A program made the position numbers and the translations under genes. 64,000 bases of DNA, from positions 192,001 to 256,000 of the forward strand of contig CBDBHB010000009.1 of assembly GCA_965205505.1 (NCBI GenBank), written 5' to 3'. The notes under the pieces were generated by a model. It did no database searches and was not told where the DNA came from. It saw only the letters and a program-made list of their open reading frames with translations. Below, piece after piece: positions 1 through 8,968 of the stretch (positions are counted from its first letter, which is position 1; each line of letters starts with the position of its first letter). This DNA comes from Acidobacteriota bacterium (lineage in GTDB: Bacteria; Acidobacteriota; UBA890; WLXD01).

Positions 1-627
1 GCCCGGAAAGAGACTGCCGCCATCGAAGTCGACCTCGACTGTGTGGTGGCTGCCCGCGGCCACGACGTTCTTGAACACCACGCGCCCGGCGCCGCTCTTG
101 GCGACCTTGCCGCTGCGAGTACCGACCTCTTCCCGCTTTCCCTTCTTGTCGACGGCGTACAGCGTGACGGTCATTCCCTTGGGTACGCCGCGGGGAGACC
201 GGTATTCTTCATCGGTGATATTCACCGACACAGCAATCTCACGGCGGCCCACCCGAGTCAGCGTTTCGGGCAGGTCAGCCGTCCACGTCGGGAGCTTCTT
301 GCCAGTCGTCTTGGAACGGACCGTAAGAAAATCGATTACAGCGGTCCCGTTGCTGGATGTGCCGGCAGCTAACGCGCTTCTCAGGCCGTCCGGGGGGATC
401 CTGCCGTGCCGCAAGACGCCAAATCTGCGTAGGCACGTTTTGTAGGCAGTCTTGCGGCTCGGGTCGACAAGCTCACACATGATCACGATGAGCTTGAGAT
501 CCTCGCTCAAGCTTGGATCGTCAAGAAGCCCAAGCCCCACGTCCCCGCACGCCGACAGAGTCAGCGCGAGCGCGATGCAGACAGCTGCCACCGCGACGCT
601 GTTTCGGGTATATGCCGTTCCCTCCAT
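1..627 (-). CDS. Putative lipoprotein, runs off the window edge (absent from the ORF track)
   Basis: Hand translation from ATG at 627: MEGTAYTRNSVAVAAVCIALALTLSA-CGDVG...; lipobox LSAC; GGAGG RBS upstream; no stop before base 1. Confidence 0.7.
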   Translation of the reverse strand, partial: MEGTAYTRNSVAVAAVCIALALTLSACGDVGLGLLDDPSLSEDLKLIVIMCELVDPSRKTAYKTCLRRFGVLRHGRIPPDGLRSALAAGTSSNGTAVIDFLTVRSKTTGKKLPTWTADLPETLTRVGRREIAVSVNITDEEYRSPRGVPKGMTVTLYAVDKKGKREEVGTRSGKVAKSGAGRVVFKNVVAAGSHHTVEVDFDGGSLFPG

Positions 628-744
628 GCTCACCCTCCGCTTTTCGGGGTTCAATTCCCGCCGACCTCTCCTGTTGATGCGAATCGTGACGTGCCAACGC
701 ATGAGGCACCATCCGAGGTCTCAGCGCTAACTTTAGCAACGTTG

Positions 745-845
745 GTCAGTAGTATAAAAGCTAAAACTATCTTGAAGAAACTCAAGACAATTTTTTGGAA
801 CTGATCGTACTTGTATCTATGTTTTACTATGTTTATCTACGCAAT
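745..845. promoter_or_regulatory. AT-rich intergenic tract upstream of the lipoprotein gene
   Basis: Visibly AT-rich (agtataaaagctaaaactatcttg...ttttactatgtttat) in a high-GC background. Confidence 0.35.
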
Positions 846-911
846 GGCGGGCTCAGTTCAGGCTGGAGCAGCTCAGAATCGGATGACGCCCTCTACGACA
901 CCGTCGGTTCG

Positions 912-1496
912 CTATTCCAAGCTAACGAACAGGCCGTCAACCCAGGCAACGAAACCGTTCTCCAACCGAACTAGATACCAGTAGCGCCCCGCGCCCATTG
1001 AGCGCCTTAACACGATCACCCCCTGCGCTGCCGCTATTACGCTCGTGATGCGGTCTTCTCGCCTGGCTTCCGGGGCCGTGTAGAGCGGAGAACGGGCGTC
1101 GAGGGTCGCTCTGGCGTCAAACGCCTCGCCGTGGTCGACTTCTACTTGGGGTTCGGCGTTGTGGAGCCTCAGGTTTTCGCAACCTTGGGCAGCGCCTCTG
1201 TCACAGGCCTGTCGATACAGCTCGACCGCGCGCGACAGGTTCACGGCTACGCCGATGCCGTTTGCGTACATGGTGCCGAGACTGTTGCAGCCGCTGCCAG
1301 CGCCTCCGTCACAGGCCTGTCGATACAGCTCGACCGCGCGCGACCGGTCCTCGGCCACGCCCCTGCCGGCGTAGTACATGCTGGCGGCATTGAAACAGCC
1401 CATGGCCGAGCCTTGCGAGCAGGCTCGATTGAAGAGAGCGGCCGCAGTTGGATAGTGCAGTGTCACGCCACGCCCGGAGTAGAAGTCGCCACCCAA
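912..1496 (-). CDS. Sel1-like repeat protein with C-terminal SH3-like segment; 5' end apparently lost
   Basis: 36-aa repeats GCxxLGxMYxxGxGVxxDxxRAVELYRQACD; C-terminal WYLVRLENGFVAWV; begins mid-repeat with no signal peptide. Confidence 0.75.
   Translation of the reverse strand: MGGDFYSGRGVTLHYPTAAALFNRACSQGSAMGCFNAASMYYAGRGVAEDRSRAVELYRQACDGGAGSGCNSLGTMYANGIGVAVNLSRAVELYRQACDRGAAQGCENLRLHNAEPQVEVDHGEAFDARATLDARSPLYTAPEARREDRITSVIAAAQGVIVLRRSMGAGRYWYLVRLENGFVAWVDGLFVSLE
1190..1344. repeat. Near-identical 47-bp duplication inside the Sel1 repeats (1190-1236 and 1298-1344)
   Basis: cagcgcctc(t/c)gtcacaggcctgtcgatacagctcgaccgcgcgcgac twice, 108 nt (36 codons) apart, one mismatch. Confidence 0.9.
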
Positions 1497-1578
1497 AGTT
1501 TGACACTCGGATGCGGTCGAGCAACTCGGTAGGTTCGGGGCAATCTGGGCAGCAGCGCGAGCATCTCGGATCTTCAGT

Positions 1579-1983
1579 ATGCCCGGCGGTTTTCCGACCC
1601 GAGGGCACGACTTGAAGTTCGAGACGGCCGGAGAGCACGTCGTCCTCTGCTTCGCGCACCCGGAGATGGAAGCCTACATCGTGATCACCGACAGCCCCTA
1701 CGCGGCGGTGAGCAGCGATGAGGGAACCTTCGAGATGCAAAATGTGCCTTCAGGCGCCTACACCGCGCGAGTCTGGAACGTCGACGAGGCACGCCGTGGT
1801 ACGAGATCGGTGACCATCGACGGCGCCCTGACCGAGATCGATCTCACGGAGCCTCGGATTGATTCGAGGCCGAAGACCACTTGCTGCTCGGGATCAAGAG
1901 AGCGTAACCCCGAGGACAAACCTCGCGCCGATGAGTTTTGGCGGCGCTTGAGGTCCGATGAGGACAAGCCTGCGTCGGGTTGA
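1579..1983 (+). pseudogene. C-terminal remnant of a cupredoxin/carboxypeptidase-regulatory-like domain protein
   Basis: CxxHPEMEAYIVITDSPYAAVS..GTFEMQNVPSGAYTARVW; N-terminus missing. Confidence 0.6.
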
Positions 1984-1992
1984 AGCAACGTC

Positions 1993-2268
1993 CTACACCT
2001 CGATCTGCTCGCTGGCCTTCCGCACGTCGTCCTTGGTGATGCCCATGTAGGTGAGCAGTGACCCAGGTGTCCTGTGCCCGAGCTTGCTCTGGATAACGGC
2101 CATGGGAATGCATCCATCCAAGGCAGCTCGCCCCCAGGCCTTCCGCCAGGAGTGGGGTGAGTAGGTAGGCTTTCGGGTCTTGGCTTGCTGCACCTCGAAG
2201 GAGTTCTTGACGCCTCGAGGTCCGACCGCATCGCCGACCTTGATGGAAAGCAAGTCGGATGCTCTCAA
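1993..2268 (-). pseudogene. Tyrosine recombinase/integrase remnant
   Basis: RASDLLSIKVGD (box I), SPHSWRK (HxxR), LGH and catalytic-Tyr-like TYMGI compressed into 91 aa. Confidence 0.7.
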
Positions 2269-2355
2269 TGCCCAGTTCGGCCCGGGGTGTCTCGAAGCTT
2301 TCCCTGACCTCGAAGCATGTCTTGGACAAGTCGGACCTTTGCGACCTGGATGTAG

Positions 2356-2499
2356 TCAGCTCCCGTAGAGTCGGTGGAGTTGCTCAGCACCGTTGCCAAG
2401 GAACTCATCGATAGAGCGCCGAACAATTTCCAAGACGGACAGGCCTGTTTCAGCTGTCAACGCCTTTAGCCTCCTTGTTTGCGGCTTCGTTAGGTCCAG
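2356..2499 (-). pseudogene. Ribbon-helix-helix (CopG-like) regulator remnant
   Basis: Hand translation LTKPQTRRLKALTAETGLSVLEIVRRSIDEFL; no usable start codon. Confidence 0.55.
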
Positions 2500-2597
2500 T
2501 TCAGCACGACCTGCACTTGATCCCTACGGATCGTGTTGTATGTGGTGAAGAGGAAACGGCTGCCATCCGGATGCACATCGTAGCTCAGCAAGTGATC
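2490..2597 (-). pseudogene. C-terminal scrap of a Ser/Thr kinase-TolB-like beta-propeller protein
   Basis: Hand translation SYDVHPDGSRFLF...QVQVVLNWT*, resembling the YDVxPDGxRFL...VVLNW ending of such proteins. Confidence 0.55.
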
Positions 2598-2696
2598 CGA
2601 GAGCGGTGAAGTCAAGCCTCCCCTACCGTAGAACAAGATCTGGGGGCAGGTCAGGAAATTGCCGGACACGCACCCCGTAGCCGTGGGACCGAGTCG

Positions 2697-4314
2697 CTAC
2701 GAGGCCGCCAGTCGCTGGCGAGCGGCCGGCTCATCGTTGATGGATCGGACTAGCTCATCCAAGGGCAGTGGGCGCCCCAACAAGAAACCTTGAACCTCCC
2801 CGCAGCCGCATTCTCTGAGGAAGTGTAGCTGCTCCAGATCCTCCACGCCCTCGGCGATAACCTGTATCTGCAATGCCGCTGCCATCGCGATGATCGCCCC
2901 AACGATAGTCGCGTCCTCGGAATCAGTGACCAGATCCTTGATGAAGGATTGATCGATCTTCAGATGATCGATGGGGAATCGCTTTCAGGTAGCTCAACGA
3001 CGAGTAGCCGGTGCCGAAATCATCGAGGGCAATCTTGAGTTTGAGCTGCTTGAGCTGTTGCAGGGCACGATCGGTGCATTGGTCGTCCTCCATGAGCACA
3101 CTTTCAGTGAGCTCGATCTCAAGGTGCTCCACCGGGTAGGCCGTATCTTGTAGTGCAGCCCTGACACTATCCACGAATTCGGGGCAACGGAACTGCGCCG
3201 CCGAGATGTTCACCGAGAGGCGAAGAGGTTCTCTTCCCTGCTCGTAGAGCTTGTGCCAGTCGGAACAGGCTTGGCGCAGCACCCAATCGCCGATGTCCAC
3301 GATCAACCCGATCTCCTCCGCGATCGGCACAAACTCTAACGGAAAGACCAAGCCGCGCGTCGGGTGATTCCACCTCAGCAGAGCTTCCACACCGGTGAGG
3401 TCGCCGTCGCGAATCGAGAACTGCGGTTGGTAGTGCAGCACAAACTGGTTCTGCTCGAGGGCCTGGTGCAGTTCGTGCTCGAGGGAAAGGCGTTGCAAGG
3501 TGCTCGCGTTGAGCGACGGGTCGAAGAAGTGAAAGCTGGCACCACCGCGATCCTTGGCTGCGTACATGGCGGCGTCAGCGTTCTGCAGCAAGGTCTCCGC
3601 GCTGTCCCCGTCGCGCGGAAACAAGCTGATCCCAATGCTGGTGCTGACGTGAAGATTTCTGCCATCCACTACGAACGGGCGCGAGAATATTTTCTGGATG
3701 CGTTGAGCCACACGCGCCGCGTCCGCTTCCCGCGTGACGTCTTCGAGCAGGACGATGAACTCGTCGCCACCGAAGCGCGCCACCGTCGGATTCGGAGCAG
3801 GCTTGACAACTCTGGCGACCACATCCTCCAACCGGACGCAGACGACCAGGCGCCGCGCGGTCTCCGCCAGCAACTCGTCGCCCGCTGAGTGCCCGAGCGT
3901 GTCGTTGACGTTCTTGAACCGATCCAGGTCGAGGAAAAGGCACGCAACCCGCCTCCCGTGGCGGCGCGATCGAGCGAGTGCCTCCTCAAACCGGGCTTCC
4001 AGCAAGCACCGGTTTGGCAGGCCGGTCAACGTGTCCCGATGCGACCCAGTCATCATCAGAATCGGTATGCTCGCGTGTTGCTTGGACTGACGCACGCGAC
4101 GACAGACCTCGAAACCATCGATGCCGGGCATCACCACGTCGAGCACCAAGAGGTGCGGGTAGTGCTCGTCCAGAAGCGTCAGTGTGGTCGATCCATCGGC
4201 CGCCTCCTCGACGCGCACACCCAGAGGCTCGAGCGCCTCGCGAGACAGAATGCGGACGGTCGGGTCATCGTCAGCGACTAGAACGATGGGGCTGTCGTCA
4301 GTCAATGCGCTCAT
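2697..4314 (-). pseudogene. REC-GGDEF-EAL diguanylate cyclase/phosphodiesterase, frameshifted
   Basis: REC (VLVADDD), GGDEF, EALLRW, DDFGTGYSSL; removing one base near 2984 restores YLKRFPIDHLKIDQSF and joins ORF 2697-2885; REC runs abruptly into DTLTGLPNR, suggesting an internal deletion. Confidence 0.85.
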
Positions 4315-6368
4315 GCGGCCTCCATCGCCGCAAGTCGAGCCTTGACCACATCGAGCTCACGTGCCAGAAGCGTCAGCTTGACATCGGCAGCATCGATCTC
4401 GGTTGCACACCCCATGGCCTCGAGTTCGGCACACAACGCCACGACTTGGGTTGCCCCAACGTTGGCACTGCTAGATTTCAGAGAGTGCGCCGCCTCCGCT
4501 AGACCAACGGCATCTCCGGCAGCGACGGCTGTGTCCAGATCGACCATCAGGGCTTCGGTCGACGACAGGTAGGTTTCGGTTATTCGTTTAAGGACGTTTG
4601 GTTGGCCGTCACGCTGCAGCGCCCGGATCTCGTCCAGGATGTTTTCGTCTATGCAGTCCCCGTCGCTCCGATTCGTGCGTGTGTCGGCTGCTGGCGCATC
4701 GTCGTCGGGATCGTTTCGTCGCGGCGCTGGTACTGCACCTGAAGCACGCCGCTCGTCGCCGGTCGCACGGATCAGCACGTCGCACAAGGCCTGCTGATCG
4801 TACGGCTTGGCGAGGTAGTCATCCATGCCAACCGCAAGGACTTTGTCCCGGTCGCCGGCCAATGCGTTGGCAGTCAGCGCGATGATCGCAACGTGATTAC
4901 TGCTGCCGGATTCCATTTTGCGAATCCGACGCGTCGCTTCATAACCATCGACCAGCGGCATCTGGCAATCCATCAGCACAGCGTCGAAATCACGAAGCTT
5001 GAAACGGGACACGGCTTCGGCGCCGTTGGCGGCCACTTCTACCTGGCAACCCAAGTTCCCGAGCATGACGCGCGCCACCTCCATGTTCACCACGTTGTCC
5101 TCGGCCACGAGGATTCTCAGGCCTAGGTCCTGCGTGTCGGATCGCGGTTCGGTAGTTTCGGCGCGAGCCGGTTTGCGCTCGCGGCCCATAGTCTCCACCA
5201 AGACGTTGAATAGGTTGGATTGGCGAATTGGCTTGGTGAGGCAGCGCCTGACGCCCGCTTGCAACACCGCCTGTTGATTAAAGCTCGCCCCAAGCGAAGT
5301 GGAAGTGAGCATGACCAACGTAGTCCCGGCGATCGAGGGATCCGCCTTGATGTACTTCGTCAGCTCGAGGCCATCCATCTCGAGCATGTTCATGTCGAGC
5401 AAGACGAGATCGAAGGGTGTGCCCTCGCGGGCCGCCTCTCGGAGCAGGTCGAGCGCCTTGAACCCATCGTCCGCCGACTTGTTGAACATGGTCCACGCAT
5501 CGGTCTGATGCTCGAGGATCCGAAGATTGGTCTCGTTGTCGTCCACAAGCAGGACGCGTACACCTTCGAGGACCCGTTCGCAGCGGCGGGCGTCGGCCAT
5601 CACAGCAGCGACCCGGACGCGGACAGTGAACCAGAAGGTCGTACCCTCGCCTTCGCTGCTGCGAAGACCGATATCCCCGCCCATCGCGCGGCTCAGCTGT
5701 TGCGCGATCGTGAGTCCGAGGCCGGTGCCGCCGAAGCGGCGCGTCGTCGAGCCGTCGGCTTGCGAGAAAGCATCGAAGATACGGCCTTGCGCTTCGGGCA
5801 GGATGCCGATCCCCGTATCGCGTACCTGGAGCAGAATCGTCGCCTCGCCATCCGAGAGGTCACGGGTGCTAGCAGTGACCACCACTTCTCCCTCTGAAGT
5901 GAACTTGATAGCGTTGCTGACGAGGTTGATCAGCACCTGGCGTAGCCGCCCTGGATCGCCGATGGTCACACGCGGGGTGTCTTCGGCAACGTGACATATG
6001 AGCTCGAGTTTCTTTTGGTGGGCTGTCGCCGCGAACGGCGCTACGGCTGCTTCGATCGTCTCCCAGAGGTCGAACTCGACTTCCTCCACCACCAATTTGC
6101 CGGCTTCGATCTTCGAGAAGTCGAGAACGTCGTTAATGATGTCGCGCAGGGCCTCGCCGGATTGGCGTACCGTACGAGCGAAGCTCTCTTGCTGCTCGGT
6201 GAGCTTCGTGTGCAGCAACAAGTCCGTCATGCCTAGAACGCCGTTCATGGGCGTGCGGATTTCGTGGCTCATCGTGGCCAGAAAGTCCGATTTGGCTACG
6301 TTGGCCTCCTCGGCGTGTTTCTTGGCCTCGGTTATCTGGCGATCGCGGGTTCGGATCTCGACGAGCAT
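4311..6368 (-). CDS. Hybrid histidine kinase HisKA-HATPase-REC-REC-HPt, sensor/TM region deleted
   Basis: SHEIRTPMNG, NAIKFT, GGTGLGL, two REC domains, AHSLKSSS; only a HAMP tail (IGAFNEML) remains upstream. Confidence 0.85.
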   Translation of the reverse strand: MLVEIRTRDRQITEAKKHAEEANVAKSDFLATMSHEIRTPMNGVLGMTDLLLHTKLTEQQESFARTVRQSGEALRDIINDVLDFSKIEAGKLVVEEVEFDLWETIEAAVAPFAATAHQKKLELICHVAEDTPRVTIGDPGRLRQVLINLVSNAIKFTSEGEVVVTASTRDLSDGEATILLQVRDTGIGILPEAQGRIFDAFSQADGSTTRRFGGTGLGLTIAQQLSRAMGGDIGLRSSEGEGTTFWFTVRVRVAAVMADARRCERVLEGVRVLLVDDNETNLRILEHQTDAWTMFNKSADDGFKALDLLREAAREGTPFDLVLLDMNMLEMDGLELTKYIKADPSIAGTTLVMLTSTSLGASFNQQAVLQAGVRRCLTKPIRQSNLFNVLVETMGRERKPARAETTEPRSDTQDLGLRILVAEDNVVNMEVARVMLGNLGCQVEVAANGAEAVSRFKLRDFDAVLMDCQMPLVDGYEATRRIRKMESGSSNHVAIIALTANALAGDRDKVLAVGMDDYLAKPYDQQALCDVLIRATGDERRASGAVPAPRRNDPDDDAPAADTRTNRSDGDCIDENILDEIRALQRDGQPNVLKRITETYLSSTEALMVDLDTAVAAGDAVGLAEAAHSLKSSSANVGATQVVALCAELEAMGCATEIDAADVKLTLLARELDVVKARLAAMEAA

Positions 6369-6916
6369 TTCGTTGAAGGCGCCGATGCGGTCCGTTCCGC
6401 GACCTTCAGGAGCTGAGAGCGGAACACAAGCCCCGCACGCTCGCCAGCCTGGCGATTGATCTCGAAGCGCACTTTGTTCCTGCGAACGAACAGACGTACC
6501 ATCCCGCCGGCATTGGAGAACCGATCGAACTCGGCCACCGTAAGCACACCGAAATCCCGGACTGCGGCAAGCACATCGTCGACACTCTCCCGGTGAGCTT
6601 GCCCGATGAACAAGATATGCATGCTCCGCAGCGCATCCAGATCGTCAGACTGCCGCACTTGTATCGTGCGTCCCCCAGCCTGCTTGCTGTCGTAGGCGGC
6701 GATGGCCCGGCCGAACGACGCGTCGCCCAGAACGCCCACAAGTAAGCTGTTGTTCTCGTCCACGAATGCCTCCGCCGGCCAGTCAACGAACTTCGCGAGG
6801 TTGTTAAGGCAGGCTGCCTTGATTTGCTGTTCGCGGTTGGGATCGTCTTGGCCGCTCACTGTTTCTGCGGGGGAGAGTAAGGCCGTAGCCACCAACGCGA
6901 CTATGATCTGTTTCAT
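6332..6916 (-). CDS. YfiR family (DUF4154) periplasmic protein; native stop lost
   Basis: Signal peptide; EQQIKAAxLxNLAKFVDWP, VLTVAE, VRFEIN, SQLLKVA. Confidence 0.85.
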   Translation of the reverse strand: MKQIIVALVATALLSPAETVSGQDDPNREQQIKAACLNNLAKFVDWPAEAFVDENNSLLVGVLGDASFGRAIAAYDSKQAGGRTIQVRQSDDLDALRSMHILFIGQAHRESVDDVLAAVRDFGVLTVAEFDRFSNAGGMVRLFVRRNKVRFEINRQAGERAGLVFRSQLLKVAERTASAPSTKCSSRSEPAIAR

Positions 6917-6929
6917 CGTCTCGCCCCCC

Positions 6930-8009
6930 CTAGAAGGTCCAGCTCCAGGCGGCCATCAAGTTGAGGCCGGACTGGAGCTGCGGGCCACGGAGGTTCTGAT
7001 ACAGGGGGATGCCCGCCCGGAACCCAAGGCGATTGCCATCGAGCGCGCCGTTGGGTGCGAACAACTGGATGCCAAGCGACAGTTCGATGCGCTCGCCAGC
7101 GCGCAGGAGCGGGTCGGCCGTAGGCACCATGGCGGGATTCAGCGCGGCATCCGCACCGTCGATGTTTCCCCAGAAGAACCCGTCGACCTGCACGGCAGGC
7201 CCGAGGGAATCGAGCCAGCGCCAGGCCAGTCGCGTGGTAGCGTGCAGTTCGTTGCCGAGGCGATAGCCATTGTGGTTGTGTCCGAGCCGCAGGATACCCT
7301 TGGCTTCGGCGGCCCACGAGAAGCGCTCGCTCTCGCCGAGGTAGCTGACACCGGGGCGCAGGTCGAACGTACCGGAACCGAGCTGCATCGGATACGGCAA
7401 GCGCATATTGCTGCCGGCGGGCGTGTCTCCGCGCACATCGATCGACCCGGTCGGCACGCTGACCCCGCCATGCAATAGGACCAGGTGCGGGTCCCGGGTA
7501 ACGTCCGCGACGGCTGTGTAGGTGCCGCCGAGCTGGATGTCCCCGAAGCCTTCAGCGCGAGTCGTGAAACGCATGCCCCCTCGGGTGAGGTGGTCCATCG
7601 AGATGCGCCGGTACGGCGCCATAACGCCAACCGTCAGGTCATTTGAAGGCGCGTACATCAAATGGACCATATGCATTCCCATGTCCATCCGAGTCGGCGT
7701 CACCATGAAGCTCTGCAGCACTTCAGAGGGTGCCAGGCGCGTTCACCCGGAACGGTTGTCCTGCATGTGCATGGCCATGTAGCTGTAGCCGATCATCACC
7801 TCCTCGGCGAGGTGGGTATGGGTACCGAGAACGTTCACCTGCAGAACGTCAAGATCTAGAAGTTCGTCAAGCGTGAGGTTGGCGAACTCGTCCTCCGGGG
7901 CCTGGCTCTGCTCGGGCTTTTCATTTGACTTCTGACTCTGGGCCAGCGCTCCCGCGGGTGTGAGGAGCAACGCCAGCAGCATCGCGATAGCCGATACGTT
8001 AGGCATCAA
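6930..8009 (-). pseudogene. Met/His-rich outer-membrane beta-barrel (transporter-like) protein with an in-frame TGA at 7743-7745
   Basis: ORFs 7743-8009 and 6930-7721 share a frame (NRSG*TRLAPSEVLQ); signal peptide; MHM..MY, YPMQLGSGT; ends WSWTF. Confidence 0.7.
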
Positions 8010-8074
8010 TGGGCTCTCTCCTCATTGTTCGCATCGTCCCTACGGTGCCGGATGTGCGCGCAGTTAAGGCTATC

Positions 8075-8235
8075 CATAGACTACTATAGATAAGATAACG
8101 AGTTAAAAGATAGATAAATAGTTTAATAATATTGTGTAGTCTCTATATATTGTCTTAACGTATTAAAAATATCTAAATATCGGTAATAATAAGTATTAAT
8201 CGTTTTCCGACGCAATCAGAAGATAAAATTCACTT
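8075..8235. promoter_or_regulatory. Strongly AT-rich non-coding tract upstream of the YfiR operon
   Basis: tagataaatagtttaataatatt...tattaaaaatatctaaatat... Confidence 0.5.
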
Positions 8236-8526
8236 GCGGCTGTTTTTGTCCGTTTCTAGCCGTCAAAAGTTTACCGTGACCTGGCGAAGTCACCCCGACG
8301 CGCAAGGAAGCCATCAGCCCGATTTTTCCCGGGACGTTGCGAACACTCGGATTTTGAGCAGACGAAGCGCCCTACCGATACTGTCAAGTTAACTCGATTA
8401 TGATCGGCTGAAGCCTCTTGACCGGACGTGAAACGCCCGCAGGATAAGGAATTTGCGGCTCACGGATCACGCGTTTCTCGTCGATTTCGAGTTAAAACTT
8501 GACAGTACCCAAGGGGCTGTCGTTCG

Positions 8527-8546
8527 TATATGTTGATAGACATATA
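8527..8546. promoter_or_regulatory. Palindromic putative PadR operator
   Basis: TATATGT-N6-ACATATA about 50 bp upstream of padR; TTGACA at 8499-8504. Confidence 0.55.
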
Positions 8547-8595
8547 TGCTGTTCGACGAATAGTCTGCGCCCATTCGGCGAAAGAGGAGCCCTGA

Positions 8596-8967
8596 GTGAA
8601 CGCACCCAACCGTAACTCGACTTCGGCCGCCGAGTTTCTGCCGCTGTCGGCGCGCGACTTCTACATCCTCTTCTTCCTCGCCCAGGGCGAGCGGCACGGC
8701 TACGGCCTGGTCAAGGCGATCGACGCGCACAGCGATGGTGCGGTGCGACTCGACCCCGCCAACCTCTACCGGGGGATCCAGCGATTGGTCGCCACGGGCC
8801 TGGTGGCCGACGGGCCGTGTCGAGCCACCGGCGACTCGCCACGCGAGCGCCGCTACTACCGCATTACCGAGCTCGGCCGCGAAGTAGTGGCGGCGGACGC
8901 TGTCCGCATGCGGGATCTCGTCGTCGCGGCAGCCGACAAGCGCCTCATTCCCGACTCCGAGGCCTGA
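8596..8967 (+). CDS. PadR family transcriptional regulator
   Basis: ILxxLAxGERHGYG, LYRGIQRL, RRYYRITELG. Confidence 0.9.
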   Translation: MNAPNRNSTSAAEFLPLSARDFYILFFLAQGERHGYGLVKAIDAHSDGAVRLDPANLYRGIQRLVATGLVADGPCRATGDSPRERRYYRITELGREVVAADAVRMRDLVVAAADKRLIPDSEA

Positions 8968-8968
8968 G

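Noticed and set aside
7743-7745. In-frame TGA in the barrel gene as selenocysteine
   Set aside because: Context (NRSG*TRL) is not a Cys motif, there is no convincing GU-loop hairpin, and every other gene in the operon is damaged
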